Below, piece after piece: positions 48,202-57,133 of a DNA stretch of 64,000 nucleotides. The notes under the pieces are model-generated. The model saw nothing but the letters and a program-made list of their open reading frames with translations, was not told the DNA's origin and did no database searches. Each line of letters starts with the position of its first letter. The first letter of the stretch is position 1. Both the position numbers and the translations under genes were made by a program. Source of the stretch: Gammaproteobacteria bacterium (lineage in GTDB: Bacteria; Pseudomonadota; Gammaproteobacteria; Eutrophobiales; Eutrophobiaceae); NCBI GenBank assembly GCA_011772965.1, contig WVYN01000080.1, positions 193,562 through 257,561 of the forward strand. The letters run 5' to 3'.

Positions 48202-49173
48202 ATGAACAAGCAAGACTGTGAATTATTAAAACTTGAATTCTGTGGCATGTCCTTCAACTCGCCGTTGGTACTGCTTTCCGGATGTGTCGGTTTCGGAGAA
48301 GAATACACACGAGTCAAGGGCTTTTCCAATACCGATGTCGGTGCTGTCTGTCTGAAAGGCACGACAGAAAAGCCACGACTTGGTAACCCGGCCCATCGGA
48401 TTGCTGAAACCTATATGGGTATGCTGAATGCAATAGGTTTGCAAAACCCCGGTGCCGAAAAAGTCGTCAATGAATATTTGCCCGGCCTTGATTTCTCGGA
48501 AACACGTTTTATTGCCAATCTCTCAGGGTCTACCGTCGAAGAATATGCCAACGTGACCCGGATCTTTGATGATTCACCTATCGATGCCATGGAGATCAAT
48601 ATTTCCTGCCCGAATGTCAAGGAGGGCGGTGTTGCCTTTGGTAATGATCCGGACATGTCAGCTCGCGTTGTTGAAGCCTGCCGCAACATGACTAATAAGC
48701 CACTCATTACTAAGCTCTCTCCCAACCAGACGGATATTGCGGAAAACGCACGACGCTGTATCGAGGCAGGTACGGATGGTCTCGCTGTTATTAATACCCT
48801 GATGGGAATGTCCATTGATATCGAGAGCAGGCAGCCAGTCATCGCTAATAACCAGGGGGGTCTTTCAGGGCCCGCAATCAAGCCGATAGCACTGCTTAAG
48901 GTACACCAGGTATATCAGGTCAGCAAAGAGCATGATATTCCGATTATTGGTCAGGGCGGAATAACTACAGGGAAAGATGCCCTGGAGTTTATTATAGCCG
49001 GTGCCAAAGCAGTCGGAATTGGTACGGCATTATTTTATGAGCCATTAATGTGCCCGAAGATCAATGAGGAGATTGCCGAATACCTCAGGCTGCAAAATAT
49101 GAAAAATGTGTCAGAATTGGTTGGTACTCTGCAATTACATGGTGATGGAAACCAGCCAGCCTATGGCAATTAG
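48202..49173 (+). CDS. pyrD: Dihydroorotate dehydrogenase, class 1 (Cys-type catalytic subunit)
   Basis: LEFCGMSFNSPLVLLSGCVGFGEEY, GTTEKPRLGNP, catalytic Cys in EINISCPNVKEGG, and GGLSGPAIKPIAL. The start is ambiguous between ATG 48184 and ATG 48202. Confidence 0.8.
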   Translation: MNKQDCELLKLEFCGMSFNSPLVLLSGCVGFGEEYTRVKGFSNTDVGAVCLKGTTEKPRLGNPAHRIAETYMGMLNAIGLQNPGAEKVVNEYLPGLDFSETRFIANLSGSTVEEYANVTRIFDDSPIDAMEINISCPNVKEGGVAFGNDPDMSARVVEACRNMTNKPLITKLSPNQTDIAENARRCIEAGTDGLAVINTLMGMSIDIESRQPVIANNQGGLSGPAIKPIALLKVHQVYQVSKEHDIPIIGQGGITTGKDALEFIIAGAKAVGIGTALFYEPLMCPKINEEIAEYLRLQNMKNVSELVGTLQLHGDGNQPAYGN

Positions 49174-49189
49174 TATTTATTGAGTTGAG

Positions 49190-49504
49190 TTATTTTTTAT
49201 CCAGTCGTCTGAGGGCCACCTGCATTTCACGCATGGCTTGAATATCGCCTTTCTCACGGGCGACATTGACACCATGCTGCAGTGTCTTGCGGGCCTCATC
49301 TTGTTGCTGATTCTCCATCTGGGCCTTGCCAAGTAACTTCCAGGCAGCAGAATAATCGGTGTCAAATTCCAATGCTTTCTTTAGATGTAATATGGCATCT
49401 GAGTAGTCTTTTTGATCAAGATACGCTTTGCCCAAACTGAAGCGCAACAGAACATTGTCCTTCCCTTTGTCCAGCATGGACTCCAGATTGTCTATCATCG
49501 TCAT
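49190..49504 (-). CDS. Small tetratricopeptide-repeat protein
   Basis: 104 aa with two or three TPR-like units (LGKAYLDQKDYSDAILHLKKALEFDTDYSAAWKLLGKAQ). Confidence 0.7.
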   Translation of the reverse strand: MTMIDNLESMLDKGKDNVLLRFSLGKAYLDQKDYSDAILHLKKALEFDTDYSAAWKLLGKAQMENQQQDEARKTLQHGVNVAREKGDIQAMREMQVALRRLDKK

Positions 49505-49508
49505 TTTT

Positions 49509-50090
49509 TCACTGACGCCGTTGAGCGATCAACATGGCTTGGTCTCTGAATCCCGCTGAAGTATTACCTACAGTCCCCTCTTCATGATAGTAGATAATAT
49601 GAAGTGGGCTGGAAAGTTCAAGCAACTCGTTTTCCGCCAACCGATAGCCAGGGTTAGATGGTCCGGTATCCGAGACACGTTCCCGGATAAAGGTCTGGTA
49701 AAATAGCAGGCCATTGATGGTCAGAGCTTTGCAGAGTGTGGGGAAAAGACTTCTATCGAGAAATTGGCTGACTACAATGACATCAAAACTACTTGATTCA
49801 GGCGGCTGCTTGATTACATCCCTGACCTGCAAATCAATTTTGAGTTTATGAGAATTTGCCGAATGCTCTAACCATTTTATAGCTTCATCCGATATGTCCC
49901 AGGCCGATGTATCGAGGCCATGACTGGCAAGATATATTGCATCCGCACCCCGGCCACAGGCGAGATCCAGGGCCTTGCCCCGGGCAGGCAAAAGATGGAC
50001 AAACAATTCCAGCACTGCAGCAGGCGTGGAGCTTGCGTGTTCTCCATTTCTGTAGAGCGAATTCCATTTTTCCGCATCCCGTCCTTGCAT
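49509..50090 (-). CDS. SAM-dependent methyltransferase, TehB-like
   Basis: SAM motif ALDLACGRGADAIYLASHG; 193 aa; starts 2 nt after the trkH stop. Confidence 0.7.
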   Translation of the reverse strand: MQGRDAEKWNSLYRNGEHASSTPAAVLELFVHLLPARGKALDLACGRGADAIYLASHGLDTSAWDISDEAIKWLEHSANSHKLKIDLQVRDVIKQPPESSSFDVIVVSQFLDRSLFPTLCKALTINGLLFYQTFIRERVSDTGPSNPGYRLAENELLELSSPLHIIYYHEEGTVGNTSAGFRDQAMLIAQRRQ

Positions 50091-50092
50091 GG

Positions 50093-51544
50093 TTATTTAC
50101 GCCAGAAGGCCGGGGTTATTAAGACCAGCAGGGTAAAGATTTCGAGTCTTCCAAGCAGCATGGCAAAACAGAGCAACAATTTAGCTGTATCACTTACATC
50201 ACCATAGTGCTGGCTAACCCCGCCCAGCCCTGGTCCGAGGTTATTCATACAGGCCGCTATCGCGGAAAACGCTGTTATCTGGTCCAGACCTGTGGCCATT
50301 AACAGTAACATCAACAATCCAAAGACGCAGATGTAGGTTGCGAAAAACCCCCACACTGCATTTATGACCCCCTCCTGGACCGGTTTTTTGTTGATCTTTA
50401 TCGTGATGACGGCATTCGGGTGGATCAGACGCCTGATTTCGCGTAACCCTTGTCGAAACAACATGAGAGCACGAATAACCTTGATTCCACCCCCAGTCGA
50501 ACCAGCGCATGCCCCGATAAAACTGGCGAATAGCAACATGACAGGCAACATCTCCGGCCAGAGATAGTGCTGTGCGCTGGTGAAGCCGGTCGTAGTTGCA
50601 ATGGATACGGTATGAAAAATACCATCCATAATCAACTCTTTTGGATCAGCATAATCTGCTTTGTAAAAGAGAGTGACGCAGGTAATGATACCGACAACCA
50701 CAAGGATGGTGAGATAGGCCTTGAATTCCGTATCGTAACGATATGGTTTGATACTGATATGTTTCCAGGCGAGGAAATGTAATGTGAAATTTATACCAGC
50801 CAAAAGCATGAAGAAAACAGCAATCATCTCGATGAAGGGATTATCAAAAAAAGCCATGCTGCTGTCATGGGTTGAAAAACCGCCGATTGAGATGGTTGAA
50901 AAACTGTGTGCTACTGCATCAAAGGCTGTCATACCAGCCAGCCAGTAGGCCAGTGCACAAAAAATAGTCATGGATAGATAAATATACCAGAGCGCCTTTG
51001 CTGTTTCGGTAATACGTGGTGTCAGTTTGGCATCTTTTAGTGGACCCGGGGTTTCAGCCTTGTATAGCTGCATACCACCAATCCCGAGTATGGGAAGGAT
51101 GGCGACGGCAAGAACGATGATACCCATGCCTCCCAGCCATTGCAGTTCCTGCCGATAGAACTGGATGGATTTTGGCAGGAAATCAATCCCGGTAATGACC
51201 GTTGCCCCGGTCGTGGTCAACCCGGATAGAGATTCAAAAATAGCATCGACAACGGGCAGGTGTGGAGTATCAGAGAGAATCAGGGGAATTGAGCCGGTCA
51301 TGCCAAGACCGGCCCAGAACATGACGACAACTATGAAGCCATCGCGTAGCCTTAATTCTTTCCTGATTTTTCTTACCGGTGCCCAGAGTAAAAGTCCGGT
51401 AAAAAGGATAATTCCAAATGAAACAAGGAAAGCATGGCGGGCAGGTTCGTCCAGCCACCAGGCGATAAACAATGGAGGTAATTGTGTGAGGCTGAAAAGG
51501 GATAACAGGATACCAAGAATGCGCTGGATGACGGTAAATTGCAT
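50093..51544 (-). CDS. trkH: Trk system potassium uptake protein TrkH
   Basis: 483-aa polytopic protein with repeated pore-loop motifs (LSGLTTTGATV, ISIGGFST, TTTGF, GSTGGGIK). Confidence 0.93.
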   Translation of the reverse strand: MQFTVIQRILGILLSLFSLTQLPPLFIAWWLDEPARHAFLVSFGIILFTGLLLWAPVRKIRKELRLRDGFIVVVMFWAGLGMTGSIPLILSDTPHLPVVDAIFESLSGLTTTGATVITGIDFLPKSIQFYRQELQWLGGMGIIVLAVAILPILGIGGMQLYKAETPGPLKDAKLTPRITETAKALWYIYLSMTIFCALAYWLAGMTAFDAVAHSFSTISIGGFSTHDSSMAFFDNPFIEMIAVFFMLLAGINFTLHFLAWKHISIKPYRYDTEFKAYLTILVVVGIITCVTLFYKADYADPKELIMDGIFHTVSIATTTGFTSAQHYLWPEMLPVMLLFASFIGACAGSTGGGIKVIRALMLFRQGLREIRRLIHPNAVITIKINKKPVQEGVINAVWGFFATYICVFGLLMLLLMATGLDQITAFSAIAACMNNLGPGLGGVSQHYGDVSDTAKLLLCFAMLLGRLEIFTLLVLITPAFWRK

Positions 51545-51559
51545 ACGGTAACCCGATAA

Positions 51560-52933
51560 TCAGAGAAACGTAATTCCTACCTGGAAAAGTTTTTCCACCT
51601 CAGTGACATATTTCTTGTCAGCAACCAGCAATATAATGTGGTCCTCAGCCTCTATCACTGTATCGTGATGGGCGATGATGACATCCTCGCCCCTTATAAT
51701 TGCACCGATAGTGGTTGTAGGTGGCAGTCTGATTTCATCGATCTTTTTACCAACCACTTTTGATGATGATGCATCGCCGTGTGGAATAGCCTCAATGGCT
51801 TCCGCTGCGCCTTTACGTAATGCATGAACAACGACTACATCACCTTTTCTGATATGAGCAAGCAATGTCCCAATGGTTGCCTGTTGAGGTGATATGGCAA
51901 TGTCAATCATGTTGCTCTGGACCAGATTTACATAAGCTGCACGATTGATCAGTGCCAGGACCTTACTTGCTCCCAGACGTTTGGCCAGCATGGCAGAAAT
52001 GATATTGGCTTCATCGGCATTGGTCAGCGCACAGAAGACATCGGTGTTTTCAATATTCTCCTCAAGTAACAGTTCTTCATCTGCAACATCGCCTTGTAAT
52101 ACCACTGTCTTGAGAAGTTCTTCTGAAACGGCCTGCGCCCGTTGGGAGTTCAACTCAATGAGCTTTACTTGATACCGGTCTTCTAGGGTCTTGGCAAGAC
52201 GCATACCAATGTTCCCGCCACCGGCAATAATGATGCGTTTTGCCATTTTTTCCATATTACGAACGGTTTTCAGCAAGGAGCGAACATGCTTTGGTGCCCC
52301 AATGATAAAGAGCTCGTCTTCTGCCATGATACGCGTGCTGCCATCCGGGATGATGGATGCCCCGGCCCGGAAAATGGCCACGACCCGGATTTCCACGCCA
52401 GGTAATATCTCCGGAAGTTCTGACAATTGTTTGCCTGCCAGCGGTCCGTTGTAATGAGCTGAAATGGCAACCATCTGTGCATTACCACCGGCAAAGTCCA
52501 GTACTTGCAAGGCGCCCGGGAAGTTTATCAAGCGTTCAATATACTGTGTGACGATTTTTTCCGGGCTTATCAATACATCAATAGGAATCGATTCCTGATT
52601 GAATAATGCGGGATTGCTCAAGTATTCATTGTTTCTTACACGCGCGATTTTAGTGGGTGTATGAAACAGGGTATAGGCAACCTGACAAGCTATCATATTG
52701 ACTTCATCATTGTTGGTAACGGCAATGATCATGTCTGCATCCTTGGCACCGGCCTTGGCAAGTACGGAGGGATGAGATGCAATACCGACTACTGTTCTCA
52801 GATCGTAACGCTCACTCATATTCAACAGGCTGGCAGGATTTGAATCTACAACAGTAATATCATTTGCTTCACTGACAAGATTTGCAGCAACAGAAGAACC
52901 AACCTGGCCCGCACCGAGTATTATTATTTTCAT
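51560..52933 (-). CDS. trkA: Trk system potassium uptake protein TrkA
   Basis: Two RCK/NAD-binding repeats (MKIIILGAGQVGSSVA and IIIAGGGNIGMRLAKTL). Confidence 0.95.
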   Translation of the reverse strand: MKIIILGAGQVGSSVAANLVSEANDITVVDSNPASLLNMSERYDLRTVVGIASHPSVLAKAGAKDADMIIAVTNNDEVNMIACQVAYTLFHTPTKIARVRNNEYLSNPALFNQESIPIDVLISPEKIVTQYIERLINFPGALQVLDFAGGNAQMVAISAHYNGPLAGKQLSELPEILPGVEIRVVAIFRAGASIIPDGSTRIMAEDELFIIGAPKHVRSLLKTVRNMEKMAKRIIIAGGGNIGMRLAKTLEDRYQVKLIELNSQRAQAVSEELLKTVVLQGDVADEELLLEENIENTDVFCALTNADEANIISAMLAKRLGASKVLALINRAAYVNLVQSNMIDIAISPQQATIGTLLAHIRKGDVVVVHALRKGAAEAIEAIPHGDASSSKVVGKKIDEIRLPPTTTIGAIIRGEDVIIAHHDTVIEAEDHIILLVADKKYVTEVEKLFQVGITFL

Positions 52934-53001
52934 AACGGGGAATTATCTATGAAATTTCCGGTGAAAGTAACCATGAACGTTCCTTAATTAATTTTATCAG
53001 G

Positions 53002-54360
53002 CTAGTCAGGATTGATTTCTATGCCTAGAGATTTCAGTTTTCGATATAAATGGGTTCTTTCCATGCCAACATCTGCGGCAACCTTGCTGACGCTTCCATT
53101 CGCTCGCTCAAGTTTATATTCCAGGTAGGATTTTTCAAATTGCTCCCTGGCCTGACGTAAGGGAAGTTCGAAATTGGCATTATAGTCTTTGTCTACTACC
53201 CGGATCGGTTGAGCACCCAGTGTAAATTGCAATTCCTCAATATCAATTGTTTCTTTTGTACCCAGTATCAACAGTCTTTGCACCAGGTTTTTTAACTCGC
53301 GGATATTACCTGGCCAGTCATAGCTGCGCAGATAATTGCTGGCTGCATTCGTAAATTTTCTTCGAGGGAGCCCCTGGTCCTCGGCAAAGTGATCGATGAA
53401 AAAATCCATTAATACCGGAATATCGTTCCGATGTTCCCGTAACGCAGGTATTTTAAGAGGCAAGATATTGAGTTGGTAATATAAATCGTCTCGAAAACTG
53501 CCTTGTTTAACGAGCATATCAAGATTTTGACTACTGGCGAAAATGAACCTGACATTAATACTGACCGCTTGTTTGCCCCCAATCCGGATAATGACATTAT
53601 TTTCAAGTGTATCCTGTAACCTGGCCTGAATAGGAAGTTCCAGATCTGCAATATCTTTCAGGAACAGGATGCCTTGATCAGCATTTTCTATCAGCCCCTT
53701 GTGAATACCCCCATCTATTTCACTACCATAAAGTGCTTCCAGTGCATTATCACTTGAGAGAGCAGATATGTTAACAGATATAAAAGGACCAGTTGCACGC
53801 TTGCCGTTTTTATAGACATATCGTGCAAAGGTTTCTTTTTCAGTGCCTGGTTCTCCAGTGATGAGTATTGGGGTATCGTGATTGGCAATCCGATCCATGT
53901 GACTATAAATCTGATGCATGACCGGGCTTTCGCCAATGGGCAGTTCGATATAGCCCTGTTGGTGTCTCAGGCGAATGTTTTCAGTTTGCAACCGGACCTT
54001 TTCGAGCCCATGCCTGACAGTGAGCAGAAGTTTTGCCAGAGACAATGGTTTCTCAACAAAATCATAGGCACCGAGCTTTATCGCTTCGACTGCAGTTTCA
54101 ACTGTTCCATGCCCCGACATCATAATAATGGGCAAATTGAGTTGGTCATGCTGCTCCCATTGTTTTAACAGGGCAATTCCATCCATCTCGGGCATCCAGA
54201 TATCCAGCAGTACCAGATCAGGCTTGAAACTGTTCCGAATCTCAATGGCTTCTCCCGCATCTTTTGATGTTTTTACTATATATCCTTCATCGTCAAGAAT
54301 TTCCTTGACCAGGTTCCGGATATCAGGTTCATCATCAATAACCAGAATTTTTTCGTTCAT
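53002..54360 (-). CDS. ntrX: NtrX-like response regulator (receiver, degenerate sigma-54-type AAA+ domain, Fis-type HTH)
   Basis: Receiver ILVIDDEPDI...LLDIWMP. Central domain aligns to NtrC but reads GEPGTEKE, DGGIHKG (for GAFTGA) and ILFLKDI (for LFLDEI). C-terminal HTH VAADVGMERTHLYRKLK. Confidence 0.8.
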   Translation of the reverse strand: MNEKILVIDDEPDIRNLVKEILDDEGYIVKTSKDAGEAIEIRNSFKPDLVLLDIWMPEMDGIALLKQWEQHDQLNLPIIMMSGHGTVETAVEAIKLGAYDFVEKPLSLAKLLLTVRHGLEKVRLQTENIRLRHQQGYIELPIGESPVMHQIYSHMDRIANHDTPILITGEPGTEKETFARYVYKNGKRATGPFISVNISALSSDNALEALYGSEIDGGIHKGLIENADQGILFLKDIADLELPIQARLQDTLENNVIIRIGGKQAVSINVRFIFASSQNLDMLVKQGSFRDDLYYQLNILPLKIPALREHRNDIPVLMDFFIDHFAEDQGLPRRKFTNAASNYLRSYDWPGNIRELKNLVQRLLILGTKETIDIEELQFTLGAQPIRVVDKDYNANFELPLRQAREQFEKSYLEYKLERANGSVSKVAADVGMERTHLYRKLKSLGIEINPD

Positions 54361-56549
54361 GACAGTTGTTCTGATACCTGATCAATTATCTCTGCAACTG
54401 GCAGGCGGACTATAGCACTGGCACCATGGCCTTCTGGATTGTTTTCAACCCATATGATTCCACGGTGCTCTTCAACAATTTTCTTGGCAATTGCCAGGCC
54501 AAGCCCTGTACCTTTTGCCTTGGTTGTGGTGTATGGTTCAAATACTTGATCCATTATATCTTCCGGGAGACCCATGCCGGAATCCTTGATTTTGATCTCT
54601 ACGAAACCGTTTTGTTTTTCTCTTACATATTCTGTGCTGATTTCTAGCTTCGAGGTTCTGGATTTCTCACAGGCATCCAGTGCGTTTTTTATAAGATTAT
54701 TGAATACTTGTCTCAACCGGCTTTTGTCGACCGATATCAGGGGTAGATCATCTGCCAGTTTGGTAATGATCTCTGTGTTTTGGTTAAGATTCGAATAAAG
54801 GTCTACCACTTCAGAGACTAGGCTGTTTATATTGGCTGTCTGCAGGTTGATTTCAGGTATTCGAGAAAAATCTGTAAACGAGTTGACCATGTCTTTCATG
54901 GTCTCGACTTGTTGGATAATGGTATTGGTCAGGCGGTCAAACTTGTCTGCTTCCTCCTTGTCCAAACCCGACCGATATCTTTGACGCAGTCTTTCGGTAG
55001 CCAGTTGTATTGGTGTGAGCGGATTTTTGATTTCATGTGCCAAACGTCTGGCCATATCGCTCCAGGTTGCATTTCGTTGTCCCTGAATGACTGTAGTGAT
55101 ATCGTCAATCACGATGACATAGCCCTGCAAGATATTGTGTGATGGAGGCAGAATAGTTCCACTACACATCAGTGTTGAGCGTGCATTTTCACGAACCAGG
55201 CTAATCTGTTCACGCCAGTCAGTATCAGTGGAAAGCAGGTTGGCTGAAAGTAGTTTCTTAAAATTCTCTAGGTATGGATGATTCTCCGCAATTTCTTCAA
55301 CACTGTGATCAACAAGCTCTTCAACCGGTATGCCGAGAATCTGGGAAACATTCTCGTTAGCGGTTCTAATCACGCTATTATGATCAAGCACGATAACTCC
55401 TGATGACAATCGACTCAAAACAGTTTCCAGATATGATCTTTGTATCTCGGCCTCATTTCGGCTCCTGCTAGCTTCATCCTGTGCCAGAGCAATTTTTCTG
55501 GTCATATCATTGAATGAAGCGACAAGAAAGCCCAGTTCATCATTACTTGGCACAGGTAACCGGGTATCATAATTACCATCGGCGACTGCCCGTGTGCCTT
55601 TTGCCAGGTTTGTTACTGGTTCGGCCAGTAATCTCGCGGAATAAAATGCCGCCCAGACTGTGCTGAATATACTGAACAGCAGGACCAGGGTGAGAACAAT
55701 GACAAAACTTTTTTTGAGCTGTTCACGTAGATAGGCCAATTCCTTATACTTAACAAAGGAATTTTGGACACTGTTCGCAAGCAGATTAATTCGTTCGGAT
55801 ATCGTGAATAGGCCTTGGATTATTCTGGTTTCACTGGTGATGTTGGCCTCGGGCACATTTACAACAATACGAATACTCAAACCTGTATTTCCTATAGTGT
55901 CCAGACCAGCATAACTGTTCCCTTGTTGCAGTTGCAGAAGAATGGTTTCACTTGGGCGCTCAGGTACCAAACGTGTGGGGTCATCACTACTTGAAGCAAT
56001 AATGCCACCTTGACGGGTTAACAAGGTAAATTCCTTGGCACCGGCTTGAACGCGTAAATCATCCAGGTCGAAAGGAATTGATGCTTCGGGTGTCATTGCA
56101 ATTTTTTCTGCGGCCTGTTCTGTTTTTTTCAATAACTCACGCATTCTTCTGTCCAGTGACAGACGGCTCAACTCAAGGGAATCGTCCAGTGCTTGTTCAA
56201 CCCGAAGGTCAAACCAGTTATCAATTCCGCGGATAAGAAAATCGAGTGAGAAATAATAAACGATTAACACTGGAGTCAGAGAAAGGATAGTAAACATGGT
56301 CACCATGCGTACTGTCATTCGCGCACCAGGCAGGCGCTTCTGTAATTGATGAATCAAACGCCTGAGATTGACAGAAATAAGAACGACCAGTACCAGCAGC
56401 CCAAGTGTGTTGAAAATCAACAACCCGAGATAGAATTCGCTGAAATGGCTTGAGTCCTGCAGCGCATTGCTCATCATTAACAATGATGACAGCATGAACA
56501 GGAACAGGAATATGCCTGCAAAAAAGATCAGTTGACCGCCTTTCCTCAT
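54357..56549 (-). CDS. ntrY: NtrY-like sensor histidine kinase (TM, HAMP, PAS, HisKA, HATPase)
   Basis: Start taken at MRKGGQ (TAATG overlap with the DUF4390 stop; ORF maximum is 56564). H-box LAHEIKNPLTPIQL and G-boxes DSGMGL, GTGLGLAI. 4-nt overlap with ntrX. Confidence 0.82.
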   Translation of the reverse strand: MRKGGQLIFFAGIFLFLFMLSSLLMMSNALQDSSHFSEFYLGLLIFNTLGLLVLVVLISVNLRRLIHQLQKRLPGARMTVRMVTMFTILSLTPVLIVYYFSLDFLIRGIDNWFDLRVEQALDDSLELSRLSLDRRMRELLKKTEQAAEKIAMTPEASIPFDLDDLRVQAGAKEFTLLTRQGGIIASSSDDPTRLVPERPSETILLQLQQGNSYAGLDTIGNTGLSIRIVVNVPEANITSETRIIQGLFTISERINLLANSVQNSFVKYKELAYLREQLKKSFVIVLTLVLLFSIFSTVWAAFYSARLLAEPVTNLAKGTRAVADGNYDTRLPVPSNDELGFLVASFNDMTRKIALAQDEASRSRNEAEIQRSYLETVLSRLSSGVIVLDHNSVIRTANENVSQILGIPVEELVDHSVEEIAENHPYLENFKKLLSANLLSTDTDWREQISLVRENARSTLMCSGTILPPSHNILQGYVIVIDDITTVIQGQRNATWSDMARRLAHEIKNPLTPIQLATERLRQRYRSGLDKEEADKFDRLTNTIIQQVETMKDMVNSFTDFSRIPEINLQTANINSLVSEVVDLYSNLNQNTEIITKLADDLPLISVDKSRLRQVFNNLIKNALDACEKSRTSKLEISTEYVREKQNGFVEIKIKDSGMGLPEDIMDQVFEPYTTTKAKGTGLGLAIAKKIVEEHRGIIWVENNPEGHGASAIVRLPVAEIIDQVSEQLS

Positions 56550-57133
56550 TACTCGAGTCTCCATTCAACCCACTGGCTGGCCAGGTGCCACTGCGATGAG
56601 ATATAGGCCAGTGGTTTAAGTGGTGTGGGTAGCGCCTTGATATTTAAGCGTGCCCTTAGTAGACCAGCATAATTCCTGTTTAAAGGAAATCTTCCGAATT
56701 CATATAGTTTATGATTTTCGATATTTCCGAGGTAATCCAGAACCTCGTCCAGGTTGAAAAATTGCTGACGACGACCGTTACTGATATTGGTGACGATATA
56801 ATAATTGGTCAAGGGCTGGTAACTGAGTCTGTAGATAATCATATTGGAAAATATGGTCTTATTCCAAAGCCAGTCACGCTTTTCAATAATCTTGATTTCT
56901 ATATCAAAACGCAGCGGGATGCCATGTATAAGCGCTTTCTTTGACTCTTCACTGAGTTCCACGCTCATGTGTGCGTCCAGAAAGTAGAAGCCTTCAGATA
57001 GGTCACAATTCACATAATCGATCTCAATACCGGGGATAGCCGCATCACTTGGGTAGGCAATTAAAGCAAGGCAGACCGCCAGGGCGAGGGGATGTAAAAA
57101 TTGATAAAAATCAGCTTTTCTGGAAACACGCAT
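56549..57133 (-). CDS. DUF4390 domain protein (secreted)
   Basis: Start at MRVSRKADFYQFLHPLALAVCLALIAYPSDA (signal peptide). Occupies the rsmB-DUF4390-ntrY position as I recall it from related genomes. Confidence 0.65.
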   Translation of the reverse strand: MRVSRKADFYQFLHPLALAVCLALIAYPSDAAIPGIEIDYVNCDLSEGFYFLDAHMSVELSEESKKALIHGIPLRFDIEIKIIEKRDWLWNKTIFSNMIIYRLSYQPLTNYYIVTNISNGRRQQFFNLDEVLDYLGNIENHKLYEFGRFPLNRNYAGLLRARLNIKALPTPLKPLAYISSQWHLASQWVEWRLE

